A stretch of DNA of 63,630 bases, filler included, from Octopus bimaculoides (GCF_001194135.2; 8 parts of 8 records of this genome joined end to end with filler, not necessarily neighbours in it); one strand, 5' to 3'; numbered from the whole stretch's first letter, positions 1 through 13,590 are shown. Program-made: numbers and translations. The notes: generated from the letters alone by a model not told the origin.

Positions 1-3000
1 TAATGATCCGTTGTCTATCGTCAAAATACAGGGCCAGTCAATTTGTAAATGGAAGCTAGGAAATTGCTACCGATTTTGAAACTAGTCGGTGTTGACACCA
101 GTGAAACCAATGTAAGGGAGATAACACCGCCTCATCCAAGACTGTGCCCGTAGTGTTTCGCACCGGTCATTTATTGTTTACAAATATCATTGACCATGAC
201 GCTTTCCTTGCTCCATTTGTATAGAGATTATGTGCCTCCAGCCATTTTAGTCTGGTGAATCGTCTATACAGCTAAGCTCTTTATAGGTACGAAACCAATG
301 ATCAGTCTCTGACCGGCTATATCAAAGAACGTTACACACACACACACTTATGCCAAGTCCCGATGAAATGCTGCAAAGCATTTTGTTCGGACATGCTAAC
401 GGTTCTGCCAGCTCGCCGTCCTAACAGTAGCAAAAACAGGAGCAAGAATCACAACATTATCAACAACAACACCAACATAATCAACGACAACAATGTTTTT
501 CTTAATGTGACGAATAAGAACAGATATTAAAGCAAAGAATGAACTTCAAAATAGTATATTTATAAGGAAATAATTTTCTTGAAAACCAGCGTAAGAATAC
601 ATATCCCTGCACTCTAGGCTGCAATTCTACTTAGGTTAACTTTGCCATTTATTCTCACAATGTCGATAATTAAAGTGCCAGGGCTTGTGATGGATTGGTA
701 GGATATGGTATAGCATTGAACGAACTATCGTGTGATATCTGTTACATTTCCTTGCCATTTGAGTTCACATTCCAGCTGCATGATGATGGCCAGTTATAAA
801 TACACGATCATATTGCACTCTGCCAAATGAGTACTTAGAACTGTTAGAGGTCAAACGAAGTGCCTTGTAGAATCTGTTTAGTCTCTCTGGACTCTGATTT
901 TAAATCCCGCTGGAGTTTATAAAAAGTAACCATGAGTCATTAGGTGACCTGGGGCTACAAAGGGTAGGAGACATGTGTTGGATATAATAAATAACATCAA
1001 TGTATTATAATACCTTGCCTATAAAAGGAAGTCCATGTTCAATCAAACAAAAGCCATTGCAACAGTGAACAAATTCTAATGCAAATATATGGAAAAATAG
1101 TAATATCTACAAAACATTCTTTTAAATTTACTACTTCGGAAACTATTTAGAAAACGAGATGAAAATCTATTTTACTATTGTGATTTATTTTTAAAAGCAG
1201 CAATGACTACAATTTAATTGACTTAGCAATATTCTACAAATATGTTTACGCAGTTGTTTCCATGGTTACTCAAGATTAGTGACGTGTTATTTAAAGTAAT
1301 GTAATAGTTCTACTGATAATAATGAAGTAAATTTTTTGAATATGTTTGTAAAAAAATAAAAAAATAAACTAATCAATCATTACATAGTTGTTTGAGAAAG
1401 AGAGATAAGCAATATATTAATCATTTTCTGCTCTTTTCTGCGAAGTTAGTTGTTCTCTACGTTTATATTTTATATGGCATTCACAGAAAAATACATAACA
1501 ACTACTTTACTGTTAAATCTATCAGCACCTCCCTCTTTGAAAATAATCCGACATCATAAATCTGCAACATAAACACATTATACAAGGTATGCATTACATC
1601 TATGAAAAGTCATTAAACCTGATAATTAAACAGCTGTGAAAATGAAAACACGTGTTAGCGTATAAGTATACTAAATTTTTTATTTGATAGTTTCTTAATA
1701 TTTCTCTGACTTCCAGTAAAAAGTTCATACTATTTAATGTACTTACATAGTGAAATGATTGCTGACGCTTGAAGCAGTCACGGTGGATCCATGCTATCTT
1801 AAAAAAAATATAAAAACATAAAAAAGCGTCTGAAGTTCTCTCTCGTAGGAAACCATGAAAGCACAAATATTTGTCATTAACTGATATGTGAGGGTCAACA
1901 GAAAAGTTCATAGGCTGAACAAGTTACTCTTGTGGAACGTGACTAAATGAGACTTTTTTCAACATAGTTCTTATGGTCCACGTAGTTCTATTGGTGTTGG
2001 AGTTCTTGGATCCCATTCGTGAAGAACCTTTTTATCCTGTTGGTCAAAAAATGTCACCAACAGTAGATATGACGTCATCTTCACTGCGATAGTGGTTCTC
2101 AACCAATTGTTTTTTAATGTTAGGGAACAAATGATTGTCAGATTGAGTCCAATCGGGAGAATAGAGACGGTGATCAACCAGTTTAAAGCCACAAGGTTTA
2201 GCTAGAAAATGAGCTTCTCAAATTTAGTTGCGAAAACTCCCTCTCTGTTACTCATATGATATTTCACGTGCCTTAGAAAATGAAAATATGGAGCTACTCT
2301 AACTTAAAGAGAGCCCCAGAAATTTCGTAATAAGTCTTAATAGTAATACCATATGACTTTGGTTTTCAGTTTCATGACCAAAAAACAAATACAAAAAACA
2401 AAAACAAAACAAAACAAAACCAAAAGTCATTATATTAATTGTCGACAAAGTTATATATAGCTGAGCAAGGATGGTAAACTAAGTGATCTAGTCACTGAGC
2501 TAACAAGATTTTCGGTACTTTAAATCTGTGTCCATCATCCTATTTGTAAGACGCCGTTCTCTATGATTGTCCTGGATGCGAAATTTGCATGCTGTCATTT
2601 CCTGTCTCTCGGCGCATACGAATAGATCGCTTCACTTGGACCATCTTTAGATAAATTTAGAGAAGAAATTTGTTTCTTTGCTTTTTTTTTATTCCAATAA
2701 TGGAAGAATTTTCTTTTCTTTTTCTTCTTTGGCTAACAAATCAATAATGAAATGGAGAAATGTATAAAGAAAATATTGTAATGTGTGAAAGGCTAAATGA
2801 AAAGATATTAAGAAAGCCACACAATTTATTATTCTAACTCAATTAAGTCGGATGAAACTGCAATATTCAATTCAGTTTCATTCTATTTATCATATCTATG
2901 ATTTTCAATCTTAGTATAAATATAACATAATGTATTTGTGTGAGTAAATATACTATTAACATTATCAGAAAAACTTTGTTTTTATTCATATATTTTGTGT

Positions 3001-3084
3001 CTATCTTGATAGGAATATCCAGACGTTATGTTAACAAATTGATAATTAGGTAAAAGTGCTATAATATATAACAGTCACTGTTCT

Positions 3085-3255
3085 CACAATGATGATGGTG
3101 ATGATGATTATGATGATGATAACGATAATGATGATGATGTTGATGATGGTGGTGGTAGTGATGATGATGATGATGACGACGACGACGATGAAGAAGAAAG
3201 ACAAAAATGTAGTGAACAAAGAAGATGAATGATGATAATAATAATAATGAGAAGA
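3085..3255. repeat. Compound (GAT/GGT/GAC/AAT)n microsatellite
   Basis: Directly visible. Confidence 0.9.
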
Positions 3256-4289
3256 AGAAATGAAAGAGAAGTATATGTAATAAGAGAAATAAATGCAATT
3301 TCCAAGAAATATATTGCAATGCTTCATTGAGACTGAAAATAATTAACTAAAACACCTCGTATGCCACTACTAAGAATTTGTAGCGATAAAAGAAGCTAAA
3401 ATAATAGAAAGTTTTGGTGAAACAATATCATTCGAAAATTTAGGGGGATATTCAGAATTTAGATTGATTTAAATTCTCCCGGGTCAATACAACGTTATAA
3501 TGCTGATTTTCTTATCTAAATTTACATGTATTTTACTGCTTGACTCCTTGGCTTGTCGTAGTAACCTACATTATATGCCGGTGGCGATAACCCATTTCAT
3601 TAGATCATGTATTAGGAGATTAATATATTTGATGTAGTAATTCATCTTATTGATGCGTCTATGGTTGCAATCCACTTTATTAATTAATCTCTCGTAGTAA
3701 CCCACTTAATATCTTGTAACCCACCTTATTGGTGAACCCATATTAATTAAACACTTAATGTGCCCTATTTTCTACACTTGTTATTATTGGCATGGATATC
3801 CATTTGATAAATATGTTCTATAATACATCTGCGTAAATGTGTCGGCATGATGTTATGTTTTGATATTTTGTGTGTGAGTTTTGTTTGCAAAATCTGCGAC
3901 AGACCTACTGATATACATGCAAACATCTTCACTGAATACAAAAGAAAGGTAGCTGGTTGATTAAAAGTAATGTAATCACCAAGCGCACAAACAAACATGT
4001 TATTTGTTCCCGGAGATTCAAACATTACATTAACAGTATTTCTTAATCTGCATTAATTTCCTACATACAAAACCATTGGTAGTTCTTTGATAAACTTACT
4101 ACATACAAGATCACTGACCTTCTCTGATATACTTTAAAAAAGAAAAAAAAGAGAAAAAATCGAAAGCCTAGTTGTTGATAGAAGATAATATCTTTTTAGA
4201 GAGAGCTCGGAAATGATTGCAGCTTTGTGCAGGCTTAGCAAGAAAATAGTAAACCAGGTCATCAAATGATGTTTAATATTCTTTTCTAC

Positions 4290-4491
4290 AGGTACAAAGA
4301 CTGAAATTTTGGGGGAAGGGGAACAGTCAATCAGATCGACCCCAGTACGTAACTGGTACTTAATTTATCGACCCCCGAAAGGATGGAAAGCAAAGTCAAC
4401 TTCAGCAGAATTTGAACTCAGAAAAAGAGACAGACGAAATCCCGCTAAGCATTTCGCCCGGCGTGCTGATGTTTCTGCCAGCTCGCCGCTT
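4290..4491 (-). mobile_element. tRNA-derived SINE family A
   Basis: Reverse complement of AAGGCGGCGAGCTGGCAG...GAGTTCAAATTC...GCCTTTCATCCTTTCGGGGTCGATAAA...AGTACCAG. Confidence 0.8.
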
Positions 4492-6021
4492 TGTTTTATT
4501 GTTTAATATTGAAGCCGAATATGTCAAAATGCATAACAGTGTATTGATGTTTTCTAGTAAAAATGATTTATGGGAAAAATTCAGCATTGTAAAACCAGGC
4601 AGATTAAAGGGAGCACTGGAAATTATATTCATAAATCTACTATTTCTAAAATAGTCGATTCAATTTTATAAGTTAATCTTCGAAAGAATATATGGATTAT
4701 TGACACGGCTGTCACAGAAATAAAGCCAGTAAAAATGAGAAAATACCAACCATTAACCCTTAAACTGTATAAGAATTGATACAATAATACTGCACTCTGA
4801 CTGGTTTAACAGAGAGAATATCTGAAGTTGAGCCAGATATGTTCGATATCATTAAAAGAAACAAATCTGTAGGTGCAATAAGCATGTAAATGTTGATTAC
4901 GTTTGTATGACGAATGGGTGAAAACGAACATCATCGTTAGCAAAGCTACTGCTATAATAGTCGCAATCAAATGAACTTTTGCTGCCTTAAAGTAGCTATT
5001 GGTTGCTTCTCATATCCTGACCTTCTAGCTGTGAATGTGCACCATAAATACAATAGGGATTGCAACAGGAACTCTCTTGGTAATTTAGAAGGTAATGATT
5101 ATAATTTTTGCGAAATCTGTTCGTCTATAAGAACATTTCCGGTTTGGTTTAGAATTTCTCCCTTCCTTCTCTCTCTCTCTCTCTCTCTCTCTCCCTCTCT
5201 CTCTCTCTCTCCTTGTGTATGTATATATGCATGTATATAGACACACGCCTCTACACTGTTGAATCTGTCTGCATTTCTCTTTCTATCTCCCTCACTTGTT
5301 CTCTCTCTTGCTCTCTTCCCCCTCTCTTTCTCGTGTGTGCACACTCTCCCTCTCTACCTGTTTTCATTTGTATTCATAACGACACACATATACACATACA
5401 CGCAGGAAGATGTACGCGAATATGCGAGCAGTATTATCTGTTTGTCTGACTATGCATGTGTGCGTATTTACACAAATATACATTTCCTAGCGGGATCGTT
5501 AAAAACGCTTAATTACCATTTTAAGATACGACTATGGAAAAAAAAAATCATTCTTATTTTAAAAAGTGTAGCTTTTTAATGTATCTAAATATTTTGAACG
5601 ATCGTGTTGAGAAATATGTGTTTATCTGTGTACATTCATTTTTGCATACTGAGAGACAGAAACACAAATAATACTGCTATCAATTTTGTAAGAATGTATC
5701 TGCGTGTGTTTGTGCGCGCGCGCGTACACATGTCTCATTGTATAGAGAAATGAAAAGAGGGGGAGAGAGAAGAGAGGGGGGGGGGGTAGACAGACAGTGA
5801 GAATGTAAATTCATACTTTTTCTTCCAATCTTGAAATGAGCAACTCATTTTAAAAGATCTACATACCTGTCTCAATTTTCTCTATGCATCAACTGCTTCA
5901 CAAACTAAATTCACTCTTTAAAGAAAATACATCAATGTGTTGTATGAAAGTAGATGATGCATTTTGATTAAATGCACCTTTTATATCAATATTATTTTTC
6001 CTTTTAAGGAAATGATCTCCT

Positions 6022-6223
6022 AGAATCGTTAGCACGCTGGGCAAAATGCTTAGCGGCATTTCGTCCATCTTTACGTTCTGAGGTCAAACTCCACTGAGGT
6101 CGACTTTGCCTTGCATCCTTTCGAGATCGATAAAATAAGTACTAGTTGAACACTGGGTCAATGTAATCAACTTATCCACTCACCCGAAATTGCAGACGTT
6201 GTGCAAAAATTTGAATTCAATAT
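6022..6223 (+). mobile_element. SINE family A (degenerate)
   Basis: Shared body with the other family-A copies. Confidence 0.7.
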
Positions 6224-6544
6224 TGTTTCTCTTTCATTTATTAAACGTATGCAATGCGCTAGTGCTGTATAAAATAATTTCCTTACAAATACGTCATACA
6301 AACGCCAGACGATTGTTCTCTTGGTAATAACTCACAGCGTTTGAGAAATTCTCTCTTTAGCAGAGAAATTACTTAACTAGAAATAAACTGGGTATTTAAA
6401 TTTAGCATCTTCGTCCTCTGCACAATTATAACATTGGGTGGTGATTGAGTAGAGTACGTATTGTGTAAGATGCGTAGCAGTATTGGGAGTTACTTTTGCA
6501 GAATATAACTTCCATCAGCTGCTTTATAATAATGAGTTGATCGG

Positions 6545-6730
6545 AAGGCGGCGAGCTGGCAGAAATGCTTAGCGGTATTTCGTCTGTCTTTACGTACTGA
6601 GTTCAAATTCCGTCGAGGTCGACTTTGCCTTTCGGAGCCGATAAATTAAATACCAGTTGAGTACTGGGGTCGATCTAATCGACTGGCCCCCAACCCCAAA
6701 ATTTCAGGCCTTTGCCTAGAGCAGGAAAGA
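6545..6730 (+). mobile_element. SINE family A
   Basis: Starts AAGGCGGCGAGCTGGCAG; internal deletions. Confidence 0.8.
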
Positions 6731-6932
6731 GTAATTTGTTGATTGTGACGAATATGCATTGAGTGGGCTGTGTTGTTTTGAGAAAAATTTTCACAAGTTT
6801 CATATTTCTGGAAATAGCAATTTAGTACAGCATGGAGACTATACCAGAAATCTGGAGGTTAATAGGGATATTCATGGTTAATGGAAATCATTAAAATTGG
6901 GGAAAGAGACCATTATTATTATAACTATTATT

Positions 6933-7530
6933 TGAGGCGGCGAGTTGTCAAAATCCTTAGTACGCCGGGGTACTGCTTAGTGGTATTTCGTCTGTCGCTA
7001 CGTTCTGAATTCAAATTCTGCCGAGGTCGACTTTGCTTTCTATCCTTCGGGGTCGATGGGTCGATCTAATCGACTGGCCTCTCCCCCCATATTTCAGGCC
7101 TTCTGCCTATAGTAGAAAGGATTGTTATAACTTTATTAAAGCAGCGAGCTAGCAGAGTTGTTAGTACGCCGGGTGAAATTTTTGTTGGTATCTCGTCCGT
7201 CTTTAATGTTCTGACTTCAAATTCCGCCGAGGCCGACTTTACCTTTCATCCTTTCGGGGTTGATAAAATAAGTACCAGTTGTGTACTTTAGTCAATGTAA
7301 TCGACTATCTCCAACCCCCAAATTTTAGACCTTGTGTCTATAGAAGAAAGGATTATTATAACTATTATCATTGTTGGAAAAACAATACTTAGCGTTATTT
7401 CTCTACTCATTATGTTCTGAGATTGATTTTACGTCCCTCCCTTCGGGTTCGATAAAATATATACCAGTCCAACCCTGAGGCTGATATAATTGAATAGCGT
7501 CCTCTCCTAAAATTTCAAGCCTTGTGCCCT
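6933..7530 (+). mobile_element. Three adjacent SINE family A copies (about 6933-7128, 7138-7358, 7385-7530)
   Basis: Repeated head and body motifs separated by ATT-rich tails. Confidence 0.75.
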
Positions 7531-8587
7531 TATTATTTATTCAGTAGTCTCTTTTTTATTCCCAAATTTTAACTGCAAAATCGAGGGTAGTTCTGCAGGC
7601 CTTGCCTACACAGAATGTTTTCTTTTAATTTTGTATTTTCTTCATACTGCAAATACTCTACGTCATATATGTGCAGCTCTTAGTAGTGCTATTTTCAGTA
7701 TGTTTGTATATATTTGTAAGTCATAAGATTTTCACTTTGTATTGTTTTAATAATTCGCAGTGCAATTAAAATTATAACGGTTGTTCCTGTTACGTATATT
7801 TCCAGGCTATTACGTTTCCATAACTTCTCTTTCTATCAAGGATACATTTCATCCTGTTTCGATTTCTAATTCGATTGGAAGGTCCTCTTTGATTGGAATA
7901 TCCGGACGATTAACCTTGAATGCTGTCTATGTGGATTGACACATATTGGCTACTTGTCAAACTTTGAGACTAATTTTGATTTATATTTCTACCAACATTT
8001 TTCTGTCGGTGTTTTAATTTCCTGTGCATGAAAACCCCATCTCTGTCTACAAGTATATCTTCTCAGAACAGTCAAGATAATGCGCTTATATTTCCTTCTC
8101 CACCTACATATCCTACTGTTACTCAATTACTTGTGTCTAGTGCTTTTTTCGGTAGGGAAGCTTTGATTCTGTGGTGTAACCAAAATTCTTACTTTGGTCT
8201 AAGCTCTGAGTTCTAGGCAATTCAGCAAGTGTTGCAATTCTTTTTATTTTCTCCACACTGATTAGTGTCAGAGAATCAGCTTATCAGGATATATATATAT
8301 ATATATATATATATANNNNNNNNNNNNNNNNNNNNNNNNNNNNNNNNNNNNNNNNNNNNNNNNNNNNNNNNNNNNNNNNNNNNNNNNNNNNNNNNNNNNN
8401 NNNNNNNNNNNNNNNNNNNNNNNNNNNNNNNNNNNNNNNNNNNNNNNNNNNNNNNNNNNNNNNNNNNNNNNNNNNNNNNNNNNNNNNNNNNNNNNNNNNN
8501 NNNNNNNNNNNNNNNNNNNNNNNNNNNNNNNNNNNNNNNNNNNNNNNNNNNNNNNNNNNNNNNNNNNNNNNNNNNNNNNNNNNNNNN

Positions 8588-8652
<65 letters not shown>

Positions 8653-9366
8653 GTTAATTTTAGCTTTTTCCAATTTCTGCTGTTTCACATTTCTACGTAT
8701 GTCTTTTATATTTGTTTATTTGTTGCTTTCGTATTTTGAAGCTATATGCATTAGTCTTCCATTATTTCTACCAGATGCTTTTGTAATCCAACAGTTAATA
8801 TATTATTAATTCTAGTTGCCTCAAGACACACTTCAGTGTATTTGTGGCAAATATAATCTTTGACCGCCAGATTTTGAGTAGTATCTTATAAATGAAATCA
8901 CTATTCTTTTTCTTTAGTTGTAGTAATTCATTGATCGTGCAGGTAAGAATATTATAACTGAAAACTTAATACTGGGAAAACTCGTCTGTGTTCAGGCACG
9001 TTGCCAAATTATTTATTTTTTTATTTAATTATGTTTTAAGTATTAACATTAAATATTAAGTGCATTAAGTGTATGTTCCTACCATTATATCTGGTCTCCT
9101 TGTTTCAAAAGTATGATCAATATCTATAACTTAGTTCCATAAATCCTGTTATTACTCCCCATGAATGCTTGTGGCCCGTGTTCACACCACTCTCCCGTCA
9201 CTTCGCTTTACAAAATTGTTTAACATTTCAGGCACACCGTTAACGGCACAGTCATGATTAGTTTATATCCCTTTTGTGCTAACATACTGCAGCGTTTGCT
9301 GCTAGGTGAGTTTAATCAATTGTTGTCTTAAACAAATTCGTTTCATGGCCTACTCTTGTATAGCTG

Positions 9367-9766
9367 TTATTATTATTATTATTGTTCAGTAGTTTTATTT
9401 TTATAACGTGCTTTCACTTCACTACCGAGCGCAGCTCTGTGCGCCTTGGGTATGTGCTGTGGTTTGCTGTGGTGCTCTTATGTTTACTGTATTGAAAGTG
9501 TTTTGCGTAGAATGTGTGCAGTACCCAGTAGTGCAATTTTCTGTATGTTATATATATTTGTAAGTCCTGCTATTTTTGTTATGTATTTGTCTGAATATTT
9601 TTTTATTATACCTAAGGCACCTACTATGATAGGAATTGTTTCTGTTTTTAGATTCCACATTCGAGTTATCTCTATTTCCAGGTCTTTGTATTTTGAAAGT
9701 TTTTCCATTTCTTTTAGAGAAACGTTGTCATCTGCTGGTATTGATACATCAATTAGAAAGCATTTT
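9367..9766 (-). mobile_element. 3' end of a restriction-like-endonuclease non-LTR retrotransposon (R4/Dong-like)
   Basis: EKLSKYKDLEIEITRMW...IPIIVGALG...QKIALLGTAHILRKTL* followed by a 3' UTR and (TAA)n tail; cut by a gap. Confidence 0.8.
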
Positions 9767-9866
9767 NNNNNNNNNNNNNNNNNNNNNNNNNNNNNNNNNN
9801 NNNNNNNNNNTTAATTAATTAANNNNNNNNNNNNNNNNNNNNNNNNNNNNNNNNNNNNNNNNNNNN
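9767..9866. other. Artificial 100-bp gap spacer (44 N + TTAATTAATTAA + 44 N)
   Basis: The same linker occurs at 9811, 32692, 42835, 51907, 53770, 56910 and 61784, always inside N-runs; it gives stops in all six frames. Confidence 0.95.
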
Positions 9867-10086
9867 GTTGCCAGTACCGCCTGACTGGCCCTCGTGCAGG
9901 TGACACGTAAAAGCACCCACTACACTCTCGGAGTGGTTGGCATTAGGAAGGGCATCCAGCTGTAGAAACTCTGCCAAATTAGATTGGAGCCTGGTGTTGC
10001 CATCCGGTTTCACCAGTCCTCAGTCAAATCGTCCAACCCATGCCAGCATGGAAAGCGGACGTTAAACGATGATGATGATGATGATG
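9867..10086 (+). mobile_element. Retroposon 3' portion with (GAT)n tail (family E, RTE-like tail)
   Basis: GGAAGGGCATCCAGCTGTAGAAAC...GGACGTTAAACGATGATGAT; near-identical to 38088-38258; inverted partial copy at about 10400-10540. Confidence 0.7.
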
Positions 10087-10096
10087 ATATATATAT

Positions 10097-10134
<38 letters not shown>

Positions 10135-10780
10135 ATGTGCTGCTTTTCTATACACAAACTGAGAAGATATCTTGCAGAACAATCATTATATTAACCGGAT
10201 ACATCTTGTAATCACCTGAAGAAACACATTTACACTGTCGGATACTCCAAAACCAGTTAAGTATCGCACCCATGAGGAATCAATGCTAGATGGATCAAAA
10301 CAATTGTAGTGATTAATAAACATTCTCGTATCTTCCATTTTCCATCTCTCTCGTTATTCAAATGATATATATATAAATAATAAATATATATCATCAACAT
10401 CATCATCGTTTAATGTCCGCCTTCCATGCTGGCATGGGTGGGATGGTTTGACAAGAGCCAGCCAGGCAGAAGCCTGCACCAGACTTCTGTAACTGTTTTG
10501 GCAGTATTTTTACAGCTGGATGCTCTTCCTAATACCAACCACTATATGCACATATATATATATATGTATAAATGTAAGATCCAGGGATCTTGGTGTAGGA
10601 AGAAAGTTAGCTTTGAGCAATCCATAGTGAAATAGTAAATATAAAAAAACAACTTTCAGGAACAATAGTGGTTTATTGAGATGGAAGTTTGCAGATATTT
10701 TTCTTTATCGGAGAATGAAAAGCAGAAAAAAAGTTCTTTTTATATTCCACGGTAGGCAACCAGGGTTTCTGAGTGTGCAA

Positions 10781-11198
10781 AAAAGATTACAAGAGTTATG
10801 GAATGGAGTATCGGAAATCCAGGCTACATATGTTTCATAGCGAGTGGAACCTCAGAAGTGGTAAAATTCAAGCAAGGTGTATAATGCCAGCTACTCTTCA
10901 GATCAAGGATATCTTCATTAGATTAAAAGCGACATTGTCGCAAGGAGGTATATGCTGATGCAGAGAGGATTCAATCAGAATGTATGGAGGGCACAGTATG
11001 TGAGGGGTATATCCCTCTCACATACTGTGCCCTCCTTGCGACAATGTAACCTTTAGTCCAATCAAGATATCCTTGGCCTGAGGAGTAGCCAGTGATATAC
11101 ACCTCACTTGGATTTTACCACTTCTGAGGTTTCACTCACTATGAAATAGATGTAGCCTGGATTTTTCCTACTCCATTCTGTAATTCTTGTATTCTTTT
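10781..11198. repeat. About 420-bp fold-back (palindromic) element
   Basis: Outer arms about 10781-10952 and 11031-11198 are inverted copies (roughly 80% identity by eye); perfect 19-bp inner stem 10986-11004/11017-11035. Confidence 0.8.
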
Positions 11199-11599
11199 AT
11201 TCTTTTGTTTCAGTCATCTGACTGTGGCCATGCTGGAGCACCGCCTTTAGTTGAGTAAATCAACCCCAGGACCTATTCTTAGTAAGTCTAGTACTTATTT
11301 TATCGGTTTCTTTTGCCAAACCACTAATTCACGGGGACAGAAACACAACAGCATCAGTTGTCAAGTGATGTTGTGTGTGTGTGTGGGGGGGGCAAACACA
11401 CACACACACACACACATACATACATATATCTATTTACACATAAGACGGGCTTCTTTCAGTTTCCATCTACCAACTCCACTCACAAGGCTTTGGTAGGCCT
11501 GAGGCTATAATAGAAGACACTTGCCCAAGGTGCCATGCAGTGGGATTGAACAAGGAACCATGTGGTTGGTAAGCAAGCTACTTACCACACAGCCACTCC
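11195..11599 (-). mobile_element. SINE family B (CCTTGGGCAAGT core, internal TG/TA microsatellite)
   Basis: Reverse complement of GGAGTGGCTGTGTGGTAAG...GGTGCTCCAGCATGGCC...GACTGAAAC. Confidence 0.85.
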
Positions 11600-12408
11600 A
11601 TATACTGTTTCTGGGGAAAGTCATACTGTCTTAATGCCTCATTATCTAACACACTCAATGGTTTTGATTTCCACTTATTGACATCCATTGACAAGGTTGC
11701 AAACACAACGAAAATTTTCAAAGAATATAGATAATAAATGAGTGGAAATTAAACTGGTGAGTGTGTTAGATAATGAGACATAAAGACTAGGACTCTCCCT
11801 AGACACAACATAATTTGCTTCAACACATGGATCCACATAAAGAATCTTGCAAAACAAGATACAAAAACGAAATATATATATATGTATATACATATAAGGT
11901 AGTATATAGGAATAAATTATCCAGGCAGGTACCACAATGACTCTTAGGCATACTCCAGGTTACTGCTAGCCACATCAAGTAGTAATAAACATCAATGATT
12001 GCTTAATATAAGCAATCCTGCTGTAATTCTTCTGATGGTTCATTTCCCTGGATTATGAATATTATCAGGAGGGTAGATTTCAAACAATTACGAAGAATAC
12101 GGAGACTGGTACATCATTAAACTTTTCTTTTAATTTTACAGTTGGTCATACAACATTAGTTGGTTAAAATTACCAACACGTGCTCATGCTGCACATGGAA
12201 TATGCAGTTACATATGCAAGCCAACATAATCTGCTGTGCACCTTCATTCATAAAATGCCTATATATGTGTAGATAAAGATTGTGTGGAAGCCTGTCATAT
12301 ATATATATATATATATATATATANNNNNNNNNNNNNNNNNNNNNNNNNNNNNNNNNNNNNNNNNNNNNNNNNNNNNNNNNNNNNNNNNNNNNNNNNNNNN
12401 NNNNNNNN

Positions 12409-12730
12409 ATAGTTCAGTGGTTAGAGCGTCGGACTCACAATCATGAGGTAGTGAGTTTGATTCTCAGACTGGGCTGCATGTTATGTTCTTGAGCAAGACA
12501 CTATTTTACGTTGCTCCAGTTCACTCAGCTGTAGAAATGAGTTGCAATGTCACTGGTACCAAGCTGTATCGGCGTTTGCCTTTCCCTTGGATATCATCAG
12601 AAGCATGAAGAGGGGAAGACTGGTATGCATGGGCAACTGCTGGTCTTCTATAAACAACGTTGCCTGGACTTGTGCCTCAGAAGGGAACCTTTAGGTACAA
12701 TCCCATGGTCATTCATGACTGAAATGTATC
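12409..12730 (+). mobile_element. tRNA-derived SINE family D (TTGAGCAAGACAC core)
   Basis: AGTGGTTAGAGCGTCGGACTC head; the 3' part recurs inverted at 35363-35520. Confidence 0.65.
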
Positions 12731-13166
12731 TTTACTCTTTAATATTTATTCCCACTTAAACATGGATGTTCTGTTAGAACTAACCATACTGCAGTAGTTA
12801 CCATGAGAAAAAAAGCTCTCATATTGGTTCTTGGTGCAAAACGCACTCGTTTATATCACAAGCAGAGAGATAGATCTCTGCCACCTCCAGTGCTGTGACC
12901 ACCAAATTGTGTGATTTTGACCTTCCTTGGTCTTGTCAATGACAGATACTCAATCACTAGAGATAGCAATTACATTTCCCCTTGAATGATATAGAGAATA
13001 ACAGTGCCAGAACTGTATAATGTCTATTTATGCGTGGGTGTGTCTTTGTGTCTATTTTTCACACAAACACACAAACACACACACATCACTTCTTGACAAC
13101 TGTTGTTGGTTTGTTTACATTCCTGTAATCATTTGACGGATATTTGTCTTCATCTTGTTTGTTGTT

Positions 13167-13212
13167 AACACAACATTTCGGCTGATGTACCCTCCAGCCT
13201 TCATCAGGTGTC
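13167..13212 (-). ncRNA. Minimal hammerhead motif, second arm (stem III C to T change)
   Basis: Reverse complement reads GACAC-CTGATGA-A-GGCTG..CAGCC-GAAA-TGT-T-GTGTT; CpG decay breaks the AACGTT palindrome. Confidence 0.55.
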
Positions 13213-13544
13213 TTGAGGAAATTTCGAACCTNNNNNNNNNNACCCTCCAGCCTTCATCAGGTGTCTTGAGGAAATTTCGAACCTGGGTTCTCATTCCTAA
13301 GGTATTTTTCGATGTTATCATTATTATTATTATTATCATTATTCAGGTCACTGCTTGGAATCTTTGGGTTAGTAGCCCACGCTCTTAACCACTATGCCAT
13401 ATGCTCACAGGCATATGGCGTAGTTGTTTAAGAGCGCGGGCTACTAACACCAAGATTCCAGGTTCGATTACAAGCAGTGACCTGAATAATAATAAGATCG
13501 AAAAATACCTTAGGAATGAGAACCCAGGTTCGAAATTTCCCCAA

Positions 13545-13590
13545 GACACCTGATGAAGGCTGGAGGGTATATCAGCCGAAACGTTGTGTT
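13545..13590 (+). ncRNA. Minimal type I hammerhead ribozyme motif (Penelope-type)
   Basis: GACAC-CTGATGA-A-GGCTG(gagggtatat)CAGCC-GAAA-CGT-T|GTGTT: stem I GACAC/GTGTT, stem II 5 bp, palindromic stem III AACGTT; predicted cleavage after 13585. Confidence 0.7.

Noticed and set aside
9811-9822. TTAATTAATTAA recurring seven times (9811, 32692, 42835, 51907, 53770, 56910, 61784)
   Set aside because: It is always centred in an N-run (44 N on each side, 100 bp total, where counted) and gives stops in all six frames. This is a scaffolding linker, not biology.
13191-13291. Apparent tandem duplication of the hammerhead 5' half (possible dimeric ribozyme)
   Set aside because: The duplicate straddles a 10-N gap, so it is most likely an overlap artefact; long reads are needed.
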